DNA from: Gammaproteobacteria bacterium
GTDB lineage: Bacteria; Pseudomonadota; Gammaproteobacteria; UBA4575
Direction: 5' to 3'
Length of the DNA: 64,000 nucleotides
NCBI GenBank assembly: GCA_965243395.1
Contig: CBDEUS010000002.1
Coordinates: 832,001 to 896,000, forward strand
Shown here: piece after piece, positions 1 to 8,131 of the stretch
Numbering within the stretch: position 1 is the stretch's first letter
Layout: each line of letters begins with the position of its first letter
The notes under the pieces: model-generated
The model's input: only the letters and a program-made list of their open reading frames with translations
What the model was told of the DNA's origin: nothing
Database searches by the model: none
Made by a program: the position numbers and the translations under genes

Positions 1-90
1 GAGATGTCAGAAGAAGAGTTTCGTAGTTATCTCGATGATAAAAATTTACTCGATTGCACTACGAAAATAACTGGAAGTAATTGCAAGTGA
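1..90 (+). CDS. 3' end of a gene running in from the left edge (EMSEEEFRSYLDDKNLLDCTTKITGSNCK*), product unknown
   Basis: Frame 1 is open from base 1 to TGA at 88-90; too short to assign. Confidence 0.4.
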   Translation, partial: EMSEEEFRSYLDDKNLLDCTTKITGSNCK

Positions 91-242
91 CTTACAGTGT
101 TCTTATAAGTGAGTGTCCCCAAACCTAAGTATTTATCTTCTAGTCACTTATAAATAATTAACTTTCTTTCCAACAGGTGCGCGTGTTTAGCTTCTGAGTG
201 TAAATCCCCTAATTTAGTAAATTTATTTTGCGATTATTCTCT

Positions 243-1112
243 TTAATGTGTTGTCATAAGTTGCCCATTTAATTTTTGTAGTTTGTAATCCCATTTAAGA
301 ATTGCTTTCTCGCCATTGGGTACAACACCTGAAGATTCATACATTTCTGGGCTTAGTTTTTTCATATGTTCATGTGCTTTGTAACCATGTTCTGTCATTT
401 CATAATTTTTAAAGATATTATCGCCTGCAAATAAGATTGAACCGATTACTTCACCAAAAGTAGAACAATCTGCAACAAATCTTGTGACATCTCTTTCCAA
501 CGGAATAGCGGGTATAAAAAAATTAATGTCTGCGTTGGAACCATCTGCAATTGTGAATTCACGGCTTACATTCCACATGCCGTCTTTATGTTGCACGCTT
601 ACAATTCCTTCAATATCCACGGCATCTGAATTCTCTTGTGCGACTGTACCAACTAGTTTCCAGTCCCCAACCTCAAATAAATACGTATGTCTACAGACAA
701 CAAGTTCAGATGCATCTACATTTTGATCTGCAAATAAATGATCTAAAAATTGACGATTTTCTTGCTCGGGTGTGCAGCGTGCTTCCATCATGTCGAGAGT
801 GCGTTTGACATGTGCGATTTCAGCTAAATATTTACCATATTGTCCGGATTTATTTTTTAATATCTCTTTAATTTCAAAACATGCTTCTGGTTGGTAATTA
901 AACTGAAGTAATTGTTTGATTTCTGATAGTGAAAATCCAAGACTTTGCGCCTTTTTGATAAACATTATTTGCTTTATGGATTCATCCGTATAGATGCGAT
1001 AACCATTTTGTTTTCGTTCATGAGGTTTAAATAATCCTTGTCGCTCGTAATAACGGAGGGTATCTACATTTACCCCCGTTTTTTCAGCTAATTTACCGAT
1101 TTTAAATTCCAT
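243..1112 (-). CDS. MerR-family (ZntR/CueR/CadR-like) regulator with an extra ~150-aa C-terminal beta-barrel-like domain
   Basis: N-terminal KIGKLAEKTGVNVDTLRYYERQGL..NGYRIY..FIKKAQSLGFSLSEIKQLL MerR HTH; ATG at 1112 preferred because GGAG lies 5 nt upstream. Confidence 0.9.
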   Translation of the reverse strand: MEFKIGKLAEKTGVNVDTLRYYERQGLFKPHERKQNGYRIYTDESIKQIMFIKKAQSLGFSLSEIKQLLQFNYQPEACFEIKEILKNKSGQYGKYLAEIAHVKRTLDMMEARCTPEQENRQFLDHLFADQNVDASELVVCRHTYLFEVGDWKLVGTVAQENSDAVDIEGIVSVQHKDGMWNVSREFTIADGSNADINFFIPAIPLERDVTRFVADCSTFGEVIGSILFAGDNIFKNYEMTEHGYKAHEHMKKLSPEMYESSGVVPNGEKAILKWDYKLQKLNGQLMTTH

Positions 1113-1136
1113 GCACACTCCAAAAAAATTTTCTGA

Positions 1137-1167
1137 ACTGTAAGTCTAAACCCCACTTCAGAGTCAA
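1137..1167 (-). promoter_or_regulatory. MerR-type promoter of the merR-like gene (TTGACT-19 bp-TACAGT)
   Basis: Minus strand reads TTGACT ctgaagtggggtttagact TACAGT; a 19-bp spacer is the hallmark of MerR-activated promoters. Confidence 0.7.
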
Positions 1168-1565
1168 CTTATTTAAAAATTTATTATTTTATATTTAATA
1201 AAATTGAAAGATGCATTAAGACCATTTTTGGGCTTAAAGAATAGTGTTTGCAGTATTTCATTTATCAAATGAATTTGATTCACTGAAGTGCATTTGTTTC
1301 AAGAATGTGCATTTTTATTTTTTTGCAAAATCATTTTCGATAATCTATATGTATTAGACATTTTCTTTATTACTGCGCCACATCAATTGAATAACTTACA
1401 TTGATAGAGTTTGAATTAGCTAAACCTATTGCTTGGATAATGAATACCTATAAATATTAGAGTGTATCTAATGCGTGATATAAGTTTTATTAAATAGGCT
1501 AATTTCATTGAAAGTGCTAAAGCTTGTTCTTAAGCCCCCAACTGAGCCGTAAATAACATTACCTA

Positions 1566-1596
1566 TTGACTCTGGTCTGAAGTTCAGACTCATACT
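1566..1596 (+). promoter_or_regulatory. MerR-type promoter/operator of the wHTH gene (TTGACT-19 bp-CATACT)
   Basis: TTGACT ctggtctgaagttcagact CATACT; internal dyad GTCTGAA-G-TTCAGAC; ACTCTG..CAGACT resembles ZntR/CadR boxes. Confidence 0.8.
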
Positions 1597-1630
1597 CAAC
1601 AATAATTCTGCAACTTGTTTTTATTTTAAA

Positions 1631-1648
1631 TATTCCGATATCGGAATA
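1631..1648. promoter_or_regulatory. Perfect 18-bp palindrome, probable repressor operator
   Basis: TATTCCGAT|ATCGGAATA lies between the promoter and the start of the wHTH gene. Confidence 0.6.
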
Positions 1649-1687
1649 CTTCAGGGGACTCAATCAATAGCACATCTGTGCAAATTA

Positions 1688-2113
1688 TTGATGGCGCAAA
1701 TTACTGTGTTAACGAAGGAACAACTCATTGCGATCGAAAAGTTACGTGGGTGTATTCATGCTGCACAAGAATTTGTTAGTAAAACGTTCAATGCACATCA
1801 TTTAGATATTCTTTTTCTGATTGGCTTAAACGGTGGTATTACCCGCAAAGAAATAAACAAAGCTTTAGCTCCTCAATCATTGACGACCACCAAACGCTAT
1901 GTAGGGGATCTAACACAATATTCTTTCGATCGTGACCGGCAAAGTAAACAACGTTTACCAGGCTTTGACTTGATCCATGAAATAGAAGATGAGTTTGATA
2001 GCAAAACTAAACATTTGTATCTTAATGAACGCGGACAAGAACTGTGCGCAGTGTTAGCGAATCGCGTGTTAAATGAGCCACTTAATATTAATCAAAAAGA
2101 TGAAGAACATTAA
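1688..2113 (+). CDS. Winged-helix (MarR-like) DNA-binding protein
   Basis: LDILFLIG..GITRKEINKAL..TTKRYVGDL helix-turn-helix and PGFDLIHEIEDEFDSKTKHLYLNERG wing. Confidence 0.7.
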   Translation: MMAQITVLTKEQLIAIEKLRGCIHAAQEFVSKTFNAHHLDILFLIGLNGGITRKEINKALAPQSLTTTKRYVGDLTQYSFDRDRQSKQRLPGFDLIHEIEDEFDSKTKHLYLNERGQELCAVLANRVLNEPLNINQKDEEH

Positions 2114-2265
2114 GTCGTTAAGTCGTCTATCAATTTAAACATATCTAAAATTAACCAGTAGAAATTTCAGTCTACTAACTGTTTCTGCGTTGTCCTAATA
2201 AGTTACATCCCTGTAATGATGCAATTTCGGTGCTTCCGCCAGCCATGACAGGCGATGTGAATATT

Positions 2266-2967
2266 TTAAATTTCTAATGAAACAAAAGTACCGTGCGCAC
2301 GGTGAAAGCGCAGGGTTACATACTCAAGCCCGTAACGCCATTCCTGATCGATTTGTTGATAGTTAACTACTTTCGCAACAGCAAACAGCTCATTACTTAT
2401 TATTTTCAAAACTTGATTGTTTTCTAATTCAGTCGTCGTGATAAGTTGCATACCATTTAAGGATACGTTTTTAGTTGTGCCCGTATTGGTTTCAGTATGA
2501 GGCCATGCGGTATAAAATTTTACAGGCCATTCTTTATTAATACGTTCGATAGTGCGTTTACCACAAATTTCTACAGTTTGTTTGGTTGCAGGGAATAGTG
2601 GGCTTTCACATTTTGGGCAAACATCGTCTGGGCCAATATTGTTTCCCATATTGTGTAGAGTGCTACAAAAGGGGCATTGTTGTGTGACATCTACATGTTT
2701 GTAATACTTGTTTTTTTTCGTTTGATTTTTTGTTTTAGAAGTTCTTTTTGTCTTAGTGTTTAATGACGCATCATACTCTGCGCGTTTAGCGGGATTCATC
2801 AGCACGTTGTAAGCTTCATTTACAATCGCCGCATTTTCATGGCAGCCGCCTAAATCAGGATGCATTTTAAGTTTTTGCATCATGGTTCGATAACTCGAAC
2901 GTATCACCTCCTGTGGTGCATCGGGTTGAACGTGAAGGATTTGATAATAATTCTTTTGATTACTCAT
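2266..2967 (-). CDS. J-domain / Zn-ribbon / PilZ fusion protein
   Basis: NYYQILHV..HPD..NEAYNVL..KRAEYD J-domain; CPFC..CPKC; RTIER and NVSLNG PilZ motifs. Confidence 0.85.
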   Translation of the reverse strand: MSNQKNYYQILHVQPDAPQEVIRSSYRTMMQKLKMHPDLGGCHENAAIVNEAYNVLMNPAKRAEYDASLNTKTKRTSKTKNQTKKNKYYKHVDVTQQCPFCSTLHNMGNNIGPDDVCPKCESPLFPATKQTVEICGKRTIERINKEWPVKFYTAWPHTETNTGTTKNVSLNGMQLITTTELENNQVLKIISNELFAVAKVVNYQQIDQEWRYGLEYVTLRFHRAHGTFVSLEI

Positions 2968-3189
2968 ATCTGTCTATATAGATGTATAAAACAATTACGC
3001 ACAATTGCTTGATTGATTATCGGCTAGAGATCTTCATACTTTAATGAAATATAAAGGATTTATGGACTTCAACATCATTTTTTAATCTCAGAATGAGGGC
3101 GATTATATGTCTGAAATTGAAGATGAACTTAGTAGACTTTGCTAGGTCATAAGAGTAGATTAAAAGCAATAATCAACAGAAATTCTTGC

Positions 3190-3534
3190 ATGAGAACTTT
3201 TATTATTTACATATTTATTCTGATGTTCTCAATTGGCTCACTACAGGCCAGTATGAATTACTGTGTGCATATGGATATGCAAGATAATTCAAGCTCTAGC
3301 ATGTCTGATGAACAAACCCCATGTCATTCAATGGGTGATGAAATCCCAGCAGAAGAAGAAACCGATAATTCATGTTGTGATGGTGGATGTGATACTTGTC
3401 TGAGCACACCTGCTAGTTTTGACTCACAATCCAGTAAATTTGAGCAAGCCTACACTAAAAGTTATGCCCAAAGCGTATCGTTTGCATTTCCTTCTAACCA
3501 TATAAAAATTCCAACTCCTCCCCCGAATAGCTAA
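3190..3534 (+). CDS. Small exported Cys/His/Met-rich metal-binding protein (CopL/CzcI/DUF2946-like)
   Basis: Signal peptide MRTFIIYIFILMFSIGSLQA; CVHMDM, PCHSM, CCDGGCDTC; C-terminal PTPPP. Confidence 0.7.
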   Translation: MRTFIIYIFILMFSIGSLQASMNYCVHMDMQDNSSSSMSDEQTPCHSMGDEIPAEEETDNSCCDGGCDTCLSTPASFDSQSSKFEQAYTKSYAQSVSFAFPSNHIKIPTPPPNS

Positions 3535-3596
3535 CTCCTACTAAACCGTTTTCGGTTTAACACGTTTGTTTTTATAAGACGTAAGGAGTTACGTTC

Positions 3597-4235
3597 ATGA
3601 TATTTAGAATTTTTTTGTTGTTGATAATTTCAGCAACTATACAAGTACACGCAAGACCCGTTTCCTATCCGGGCGGATGGACTTTTTCTACGTTCAATGA
3701 CGGGGATCGGTATTCTGTATTTACACATTATTCACCGACAGCCTTTTATTCCGTTGGCTATCATGCTGAATATTGGCGTGCCCAGGATTATCAAATCCAT
3801 GCATTTCATGTAAATAATTTAATCAAACGTTGGAACGCAGAAGCATCACAAGGCAATTTTTATGTGAAATCAGGTGTTGGCTTTGCGCATTCAGATGAAG
3901 GTGAGTTTGATAATCGTACTGAACTAGCCGCATACACCGGGATCGCTGCAGATTGGGAAACACGAGAAGTGTTTGTTGCTTATGAAAATAGAGTTACAGA
4001 TGCGGGGAACATTGCGGATAATTTTCGGCAAAAAGTTAAGTTTGGCTTTGCACCCTATGTTGCAGAGTACGGCAATTGGCACACTTGGCTAATGATGGAA
4101 GTCAGTCATGCGCCAGAGTCCGACGACAAGCTGGTTGCAACCCCATTAGTGCGTCTGTTTAAAGGCGCAAATCTATACGAAGCCGGAATAAGTGATCAAG
4201 GCGATGCGCTGATTAATTTTGTACATCGTTTTTAA
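3597..4235 (+). CDS. Exported/outer-membrane beta-rich protein of metal-resistance clusters (RPVSYPGGWT type)
   Basis: Signal peptide, aromatic-rich amphipathic strands, C-terminal Phe; AAGGAG RBS. Confidence 0.6.
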   Translation: MIFRIFLLLIISATIQVHARPVSYPGGWTFSTFNDGDRYSVFTHYSPTAFYSVGYHAEYWRAQDYQIHAFHVNNLIKRWNAEASQGNFYVKSGVGFAHSDEGEFDNRTELAAYTGIAADWETREVFVAYENRVTDAGNIADNFRQKVKFGFAPYVAEYGNWHTWLMMEVSHAPESDDKLVATPLVRLFKGANLYEAGISDQGDALINFVHRF

Positions 4236-4249
4236 GTTAGGAGATTTAT

Positions 4250-4594
4250 ATGAAGAAGTTAATTTTAATTTTGCTAATTATGTCTGTTACAACTTTTGAT
4301 GTTTTGGCAACCGATACACCTGAAGTCAAAGTAGGCGAAGTGGATCCTAATGGAGAAGTTGTAAAAGTTAAAGCATTTGGATTGGTTTGTGATTTTTGTG
4401 CAAATGCAATTGAAAAAGTGTTTATGCGCAAAGATGAGGTTTCAGGGATTGATGTTAGTTTGGATAAACATCAGATTTTGATTGCATTAAAAGAAGGTCA
4501 GCAATTAGATGATGATGAAATAACAAAACTGGTAACCGATTCAGGCTACAACGTTAAAGAGATCACAAGATCATATTTAGGAGGGGTTGAATGA
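4250..4594 (+). CDS. Periplasmic heavy-metal-associated (HMA, MerP-like) protein
   Basis: Signal peptide, GLVCDFC CxxC motif and terminal SGY loop. Confidence 0.85.
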   Translation: MKKLILILLIMSVTTFDVLATDTPEVKVGEVDPNGEVVKVKAFGLVCDFCANAIEKVFMRKDEVSGIDVSLDKHQILIALKEGQQLDDDEITKLVTDSGYNVKEITRSYLGGVE

Positions 4595-4974
4595 AACCCT
4601 CTACTGGTAATAATCACTTTCTACCTTTTTTAAGTTTGTTTACAAGTGCGGGCACATTAATTTGTTGTGCATTACCGGCCCTATTAGTCACGATAGGCGC
4701 AGGAGCTGCTTTAGCTGGGCTAGTTTCTACGGTACCGCAGCTAATATGGCTGTCTACGTATAAAATAGAAGTGTTTGCAATTGCAGGATTATTGTTGCTC
4801 GCGACAGGCTTTATTCAGTGGAAAATGAGAAACGCGCCTTGCCCGGTAGATCCGGACTTAGCAGCATCTTGTATGAGGATGAGAAGCATAAACAAATGGG
4901 TGTTTATGCTATCTCTCTTTATCTATGCTGTGGGGTTCTTTTTTGCTTTTTTAGCTGTAAAAGTTTTAAGTTAG
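4591..4974 (+). CDS. MerT/MerC-like metal transporter
   Basis: CCALP in the first TM helix, cytoplasmic CP..C pair, 3-4 hydrophobic segments; ATGA overlap with the HMA gene. Confidence 0.75.
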   Translation: MKPSTGNNHFLPFLSLFTSAGTLICCALPALLVTIGAGAALAGLVSTVPQLIWLSTYKIEVFAIAGLLLLATGFIQWKMRNAPCPVDPDLAASCMRMRSINKWVFMLSLFIYAVGFFFAFLAVKVLS

Positions 4975-5169
4975 TTACTTTTTCCAGCTGTCAAAATTAC
5001 TGTCATTTTTTTCCTGGCCGTCTTCATACCCTGCGGTGTAGGCATCCGTAACACGTTGTTCTTCACGCTCAGGATGACCTAAGTAGCCCCCTTGCCAGCC
5101 AAGAATATATTCTGGGTCAACATCAGCAGCTTCCATTTTAGTTACCGCATCTCGATAAGCTTGGTCCAT
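4975..5169 (-). CDS. Alvin_2107-family small protein associated with sulfur-globule oxidation
   Basis: YRDAVTKME..VDPEYILGWQGGYL..P.REEQRVT.AY.AGYEDG pattern; GGAG RBS; next to the dsrS/cysG block. Confidence 0.75.
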   Translation of the reverse strand: MDQAYRDAVTKMEAADVDPEYILGWQGGYLGHPEREEQRVTDAYTAGYEDGQEKNDSNFDSWKK

Positions 5170-5198
5170 GATTGTCTCCTTATTATTGAATTCTAAGT

Positions 5199-6335
5199 TT
5201 AATGTAATTGGTTTTTTTGAAAATGATTGAATGCTTTGCCAGAGTCTAGAACATCTCTTACTTTTTTTGCAGATGCCTGCAAATCTTCTTCGATGCCTTT
5301 GTGTGTAAGCATAATGGCAGAGGAATAAATTAAACTATCTCGTGCAGGCCCTTGTTCACCTTGCAATGCTGCAACCCCTACTTTTGCTGCTTCTGCAGCA
5401 AGTTGATCGGTATCAATTTTCGCAGCCGTCTCATCACCTTGAACTTTAGCAGTGTTTAAATCAGGCAAAGGTACTGCTCGAACGTCCTGTTGAATACTTA
5501 TTTGATCAGGATGGATCTCAACTTCTAAAAGTTCATTCTTGTTTTTATATTCAAAGTATTTCGATTCTTGTTTTAAAGAAGGAATTACACCTCCTTCGAC
5601 TCCACGTACCAACACAGCAGAATCGAATCCAGAAAGTTTTGCCAAATGTTCATAGACAGGGGGATAAGGTTTGTGAACATATCCTGTCATTAAAGTTGTA
5701 GATTTTTTTCCTCGCACGGGTCCGATTAAAACTTCAACGGTAGTTATTACAGGACGTTTAACAATTTGAGTGCGCAAAGGAATTAAATTATGCAATGCTG
5801 GGCAAATCGTTTTTTGGTCTAAATATGCCCATCCAACTTCAGGATTATTAATTTGTGTTAATGCTTGTTGCATATCAAAATCCACATTAATTCCCGCAGC
5901 GCGTAACACTTTTCTATGAGTAGCACCATATTTTGGCCCAACAGCTTCCGCACCATGTGACACAGAAGGTAAATCGCATGCTGCAAGTACAGCGGGTATA
6001 AATGGTGAAACAGGTAGGCCGCGAGTGTAGCCATCATAGGGGTCTGCAACATCTATTACATGATCGACGTCTGCCGTTACGATATTAGATGTATCAATAA
6101 TTGCTTGTAACGAGCCACCATTTTCATCCAAAGTTTCGCGTTTCATGCGCAAGGCAATTAAAAAGATTCCTGCTTGCACTGGATCGGCTGAGCCATTCAA
6201 GATATGGCTCATCGCATCTCGTGCTTCTTCAAACGAGATGTCTTTACTGTATTCTGGTCCAGTTGCTACACGTTGTATATAAGAACGCATGGCAAGTTTG
6301 GCATCCGGGTTAATTTCTTGTGCTGCTGCTGACAT
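5199..6335 (-). CDS. Glycosyltransferase family 3 / anthranilate phosphoribosyltransferase-like protein (TrpD2/YbiB-type)
   Basis: EEARDAM..QAGIFLIALRMKRET N-terminal helical domain; DPYDG replaces the TrpD GTGGD motif. Confidence 0.75.
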   Translation of the reverse strand: MSAAAQEINPDAKLAMRSYIQRVATGPEYSKDISFEEARDAMSHILNGSADPVQAGIFLIALRMKRETLDENGGSLQAIIDTSNIVTADVDHVIDVADPYDGYTRGLPVSPFIPAVLAACDLPSVSHGAEAVGPKYGATHRKVLRAAGINVDFDMQQALTQINNPEVGWAYLDQKTICPALHNLIPLRTQIVKRPVITTVEVLIGPVRGKKSTTLMTGYVHKPYPPVYEHLAKLSGFDSAVLVRGVEGGVIPSLKQESKYFEYKNKNELLEVEIHPDQISIQQDVRAVPLPDLNTAKVQGDETAAKIDTDQLAAEAAKVGVAALQGEQGPARDSLIYSSAIMLTHKGIEEDLQASAKKVRDVLDSGKAFNHFQKNQLH

Positions 6336-6546
6336 GAATCGAATAATGCCACTTTAGATGAGATCTGGCAGGATACAAAAGGTGGTATTTGCCTCAATAT
6401 ATCCCTATCGAGAGAACAATTTTTAATTTATTTCTAATAATCCCTTACTTGTACTGATTATATTAAGGGTTATTCGTTCTAATTCGGCGATTCGCGTATC
6501 ATCATTATTACTGAATTATCCTTAATGACCGAAATATGGAGTCCCT

Positions 6547-6990
6547 ATGTCTGCACAAGATGAAATGGATTTTAATAGTGGCATGATGGCTTTTGAAGCC
6601 AAACACTTTTCCCGTGCTATGCAAATTCTTTCCCCAATTGCAGAAAAAGGTAATACAGATGCTATGCATCGATGTGCCATCATGTATCAAAATGGACTTG
6701 GGGTTGCGGTTAATAAAGAAGCAGCTTTTAAGTGGATGCAAAAAGCTGCAGAAATGGGGCATGAGCTTGCACAACATGGCTTAGGGTTTATGTACATGGA
6801 AGGAGATTGCGCCGAGCAAAATGGTGAGCTCGCTGTGAAGTGGTTTACTGCGGCAGCCGAACAAGGCTTACAGGGCTCACAAACTACTCTTGCTATGATG
6901 TATGAGCAAGGTACTGCCGGAATACCAAAAGATCCTGAAAAAGCAAAACAATGGTATTCCAAAGCCGGTTTTTCACCAGAAGAGATTTAG
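6547..6990 (+). CDS. Cytoplasmic Sel1-repeat protein
   Basis: Three repeats of A...LG.MY..G.G...D...A.KW..KAAE.G. Confidence 0.9.
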   Translation: MSAQDEMDFNSGMMAFEAKHFSRAMQILSPIAEKGNTDAMHRCAIMYQNGLGVAVNKEAAFKWMQKAAEMGHELAQHGLGFMYMEGDCAEQNGELAVKWFTAAAEQGLQGSQTTLAMMYEQGTAGIPKDPEKAKQWYSKAGFSPEEI

Positions 6991-7036
6991 AAAGAAGAGA
7001 TATAAAAGAAGAGATTCAAAAGAAAAAATATAAGAT

Positions 7037-8086
7037 ATGCGTCCTGCTCATTTGTTAACAGTTTTAGAAAAAGAATTTCAAGGTGCTGCTTCAGGACATC
7101 ACACCCCAGTGATGTTGTGGGGGCCTCCCGGTGTAGGAAAATCGCAAATGGTTTCTCAGGTTGCGCAAAAAAACAATGTAGAAGTGATTGATATTCGATT
7201 ATCACAAATGGAACCAAGTGATCTAAGAGGTATACCTTTCAGAGAAAATGGTTCTGTGGAATGGGCTATTCCTGCGATGTTGCCAAATGAAGAACGTCAC
7301 GGCAAAAATGGAATTTTATTTTTAGATGAAATCACTTCAGCTGCACCAAGTGTTTCTGCAGCTGCTTATCAACTAATTCTTGACCGTCGGCTCGGTCAAT
7401 ATCTTGTTCCCCAAGGTTGGGCAATATTTGCTGCAGGTAATCGACAGGGGGATCGCGGAGTTACTTATACGATGCCTGCACCCCTGGCAAACCGATTTTC
7501 ACATTTTGAAGTGGATTTAAATTTAGATGATTGGGTTGCGTGGGCATATTCAAATAATATTGATGAACGAATCATTGCGTTTTTGCGTTTTCGACCCGAC
7601 TTATTATTTGATTTTGATCCTGCGCATAATCCTGTTGCATTTCCTTCACCCCGTTCCTGGGAATTTGCACACCGTGCGCTACAAAAATTTTCTGAGCGCC
7701 CCGATTTATTAACTGGTGCGTTACAAGCTTGTGTAGGTCCTGCTGCAGGTGTTGAATTAAACGCATTTATTTCTAATCTTGACCAAATGCCAGATCTCGA
7801 AGCGATTGTACGAGGTGAAGAAATAGCAGCTCCACAAGAAATTGATTTGCAGTATGCCGTTGCATCGGCATTAGTAGGTCACGCGATCAGGGCAAAAAAA
7901 TCTGATGATCCGTCTGTGGTGCAAGGCAATATCCTTAAATATGCAAATCAGTTTCCGCAACGTGAAATGGGTGTGATGATGGTTTCTGATATGCACAGAG
8001 CGATAGGTGAAGATTTATTTGGATTACCCGAGTTTGCAATTTGGGCAGATAAGATTGCAGATATCATGATTTTCGATCATGCCTGA
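7037..8086 (+). CDS. AAA+ ATPase (MoxR/AAA_5-like)
   Basis: Walker A GPPGVGKS, Walker B ILFLDE, AAGNR sensor, LANRF arginine finger, SPRSW. Confidence 0.92.
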   Translation: MRPAHLLTVLEKEFQGAASGHHTPVMLWGPPGVGKSQMVSQVAQKNNVEVIDIRLSQMEPSDLRGIPFRENGSVEWAIPAMLPNEERHGKNGILFLDEITSAAPSVSAAAYQLILDRRLGQYLVPQGWAIFAAGNRQGDRGVTYTMPAPLANRFSHFEVDLNLDDWVAWAYSNNIDERIIAFLRFRPDLLFDFDPAHNPVAFPSPRSWEFAHRALQKFSERPDLLTGALQACVGPAAGVELNAFISNLDQMPDLEAIVRGEEIAAPQEIDLQYAVASALVGHAIRAKKSDDPSVVQGNILKYANQFPQREMGVMMVSDMHRAIGEDLFGLPEFAIWADKIADIMIFDHA

Positions 8087-8131
8087 TTAAAATAAACCAG
8101 AGCCACTTTGGTTTTATATGTTGTGCTCTAA

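Noticed and set aside
1688-2113. Prophage or integrative element
   Set aside because: No integrase, att-like repeats, tRNA or phage structural genes nearby
3190-4974. mer mercury-resistance operon controlled by the MerR at 243-1112
   Set aside because: No merA/merB, and I found no 19-bp-spacer promoter in front of this operon
5199-6335. Calling this gene trpD
   Set aside because: Lacks the GTGGD PRPP-binding and KHGN motifs and has no trp neighbours; better treated as TrpD2/YbiB-like
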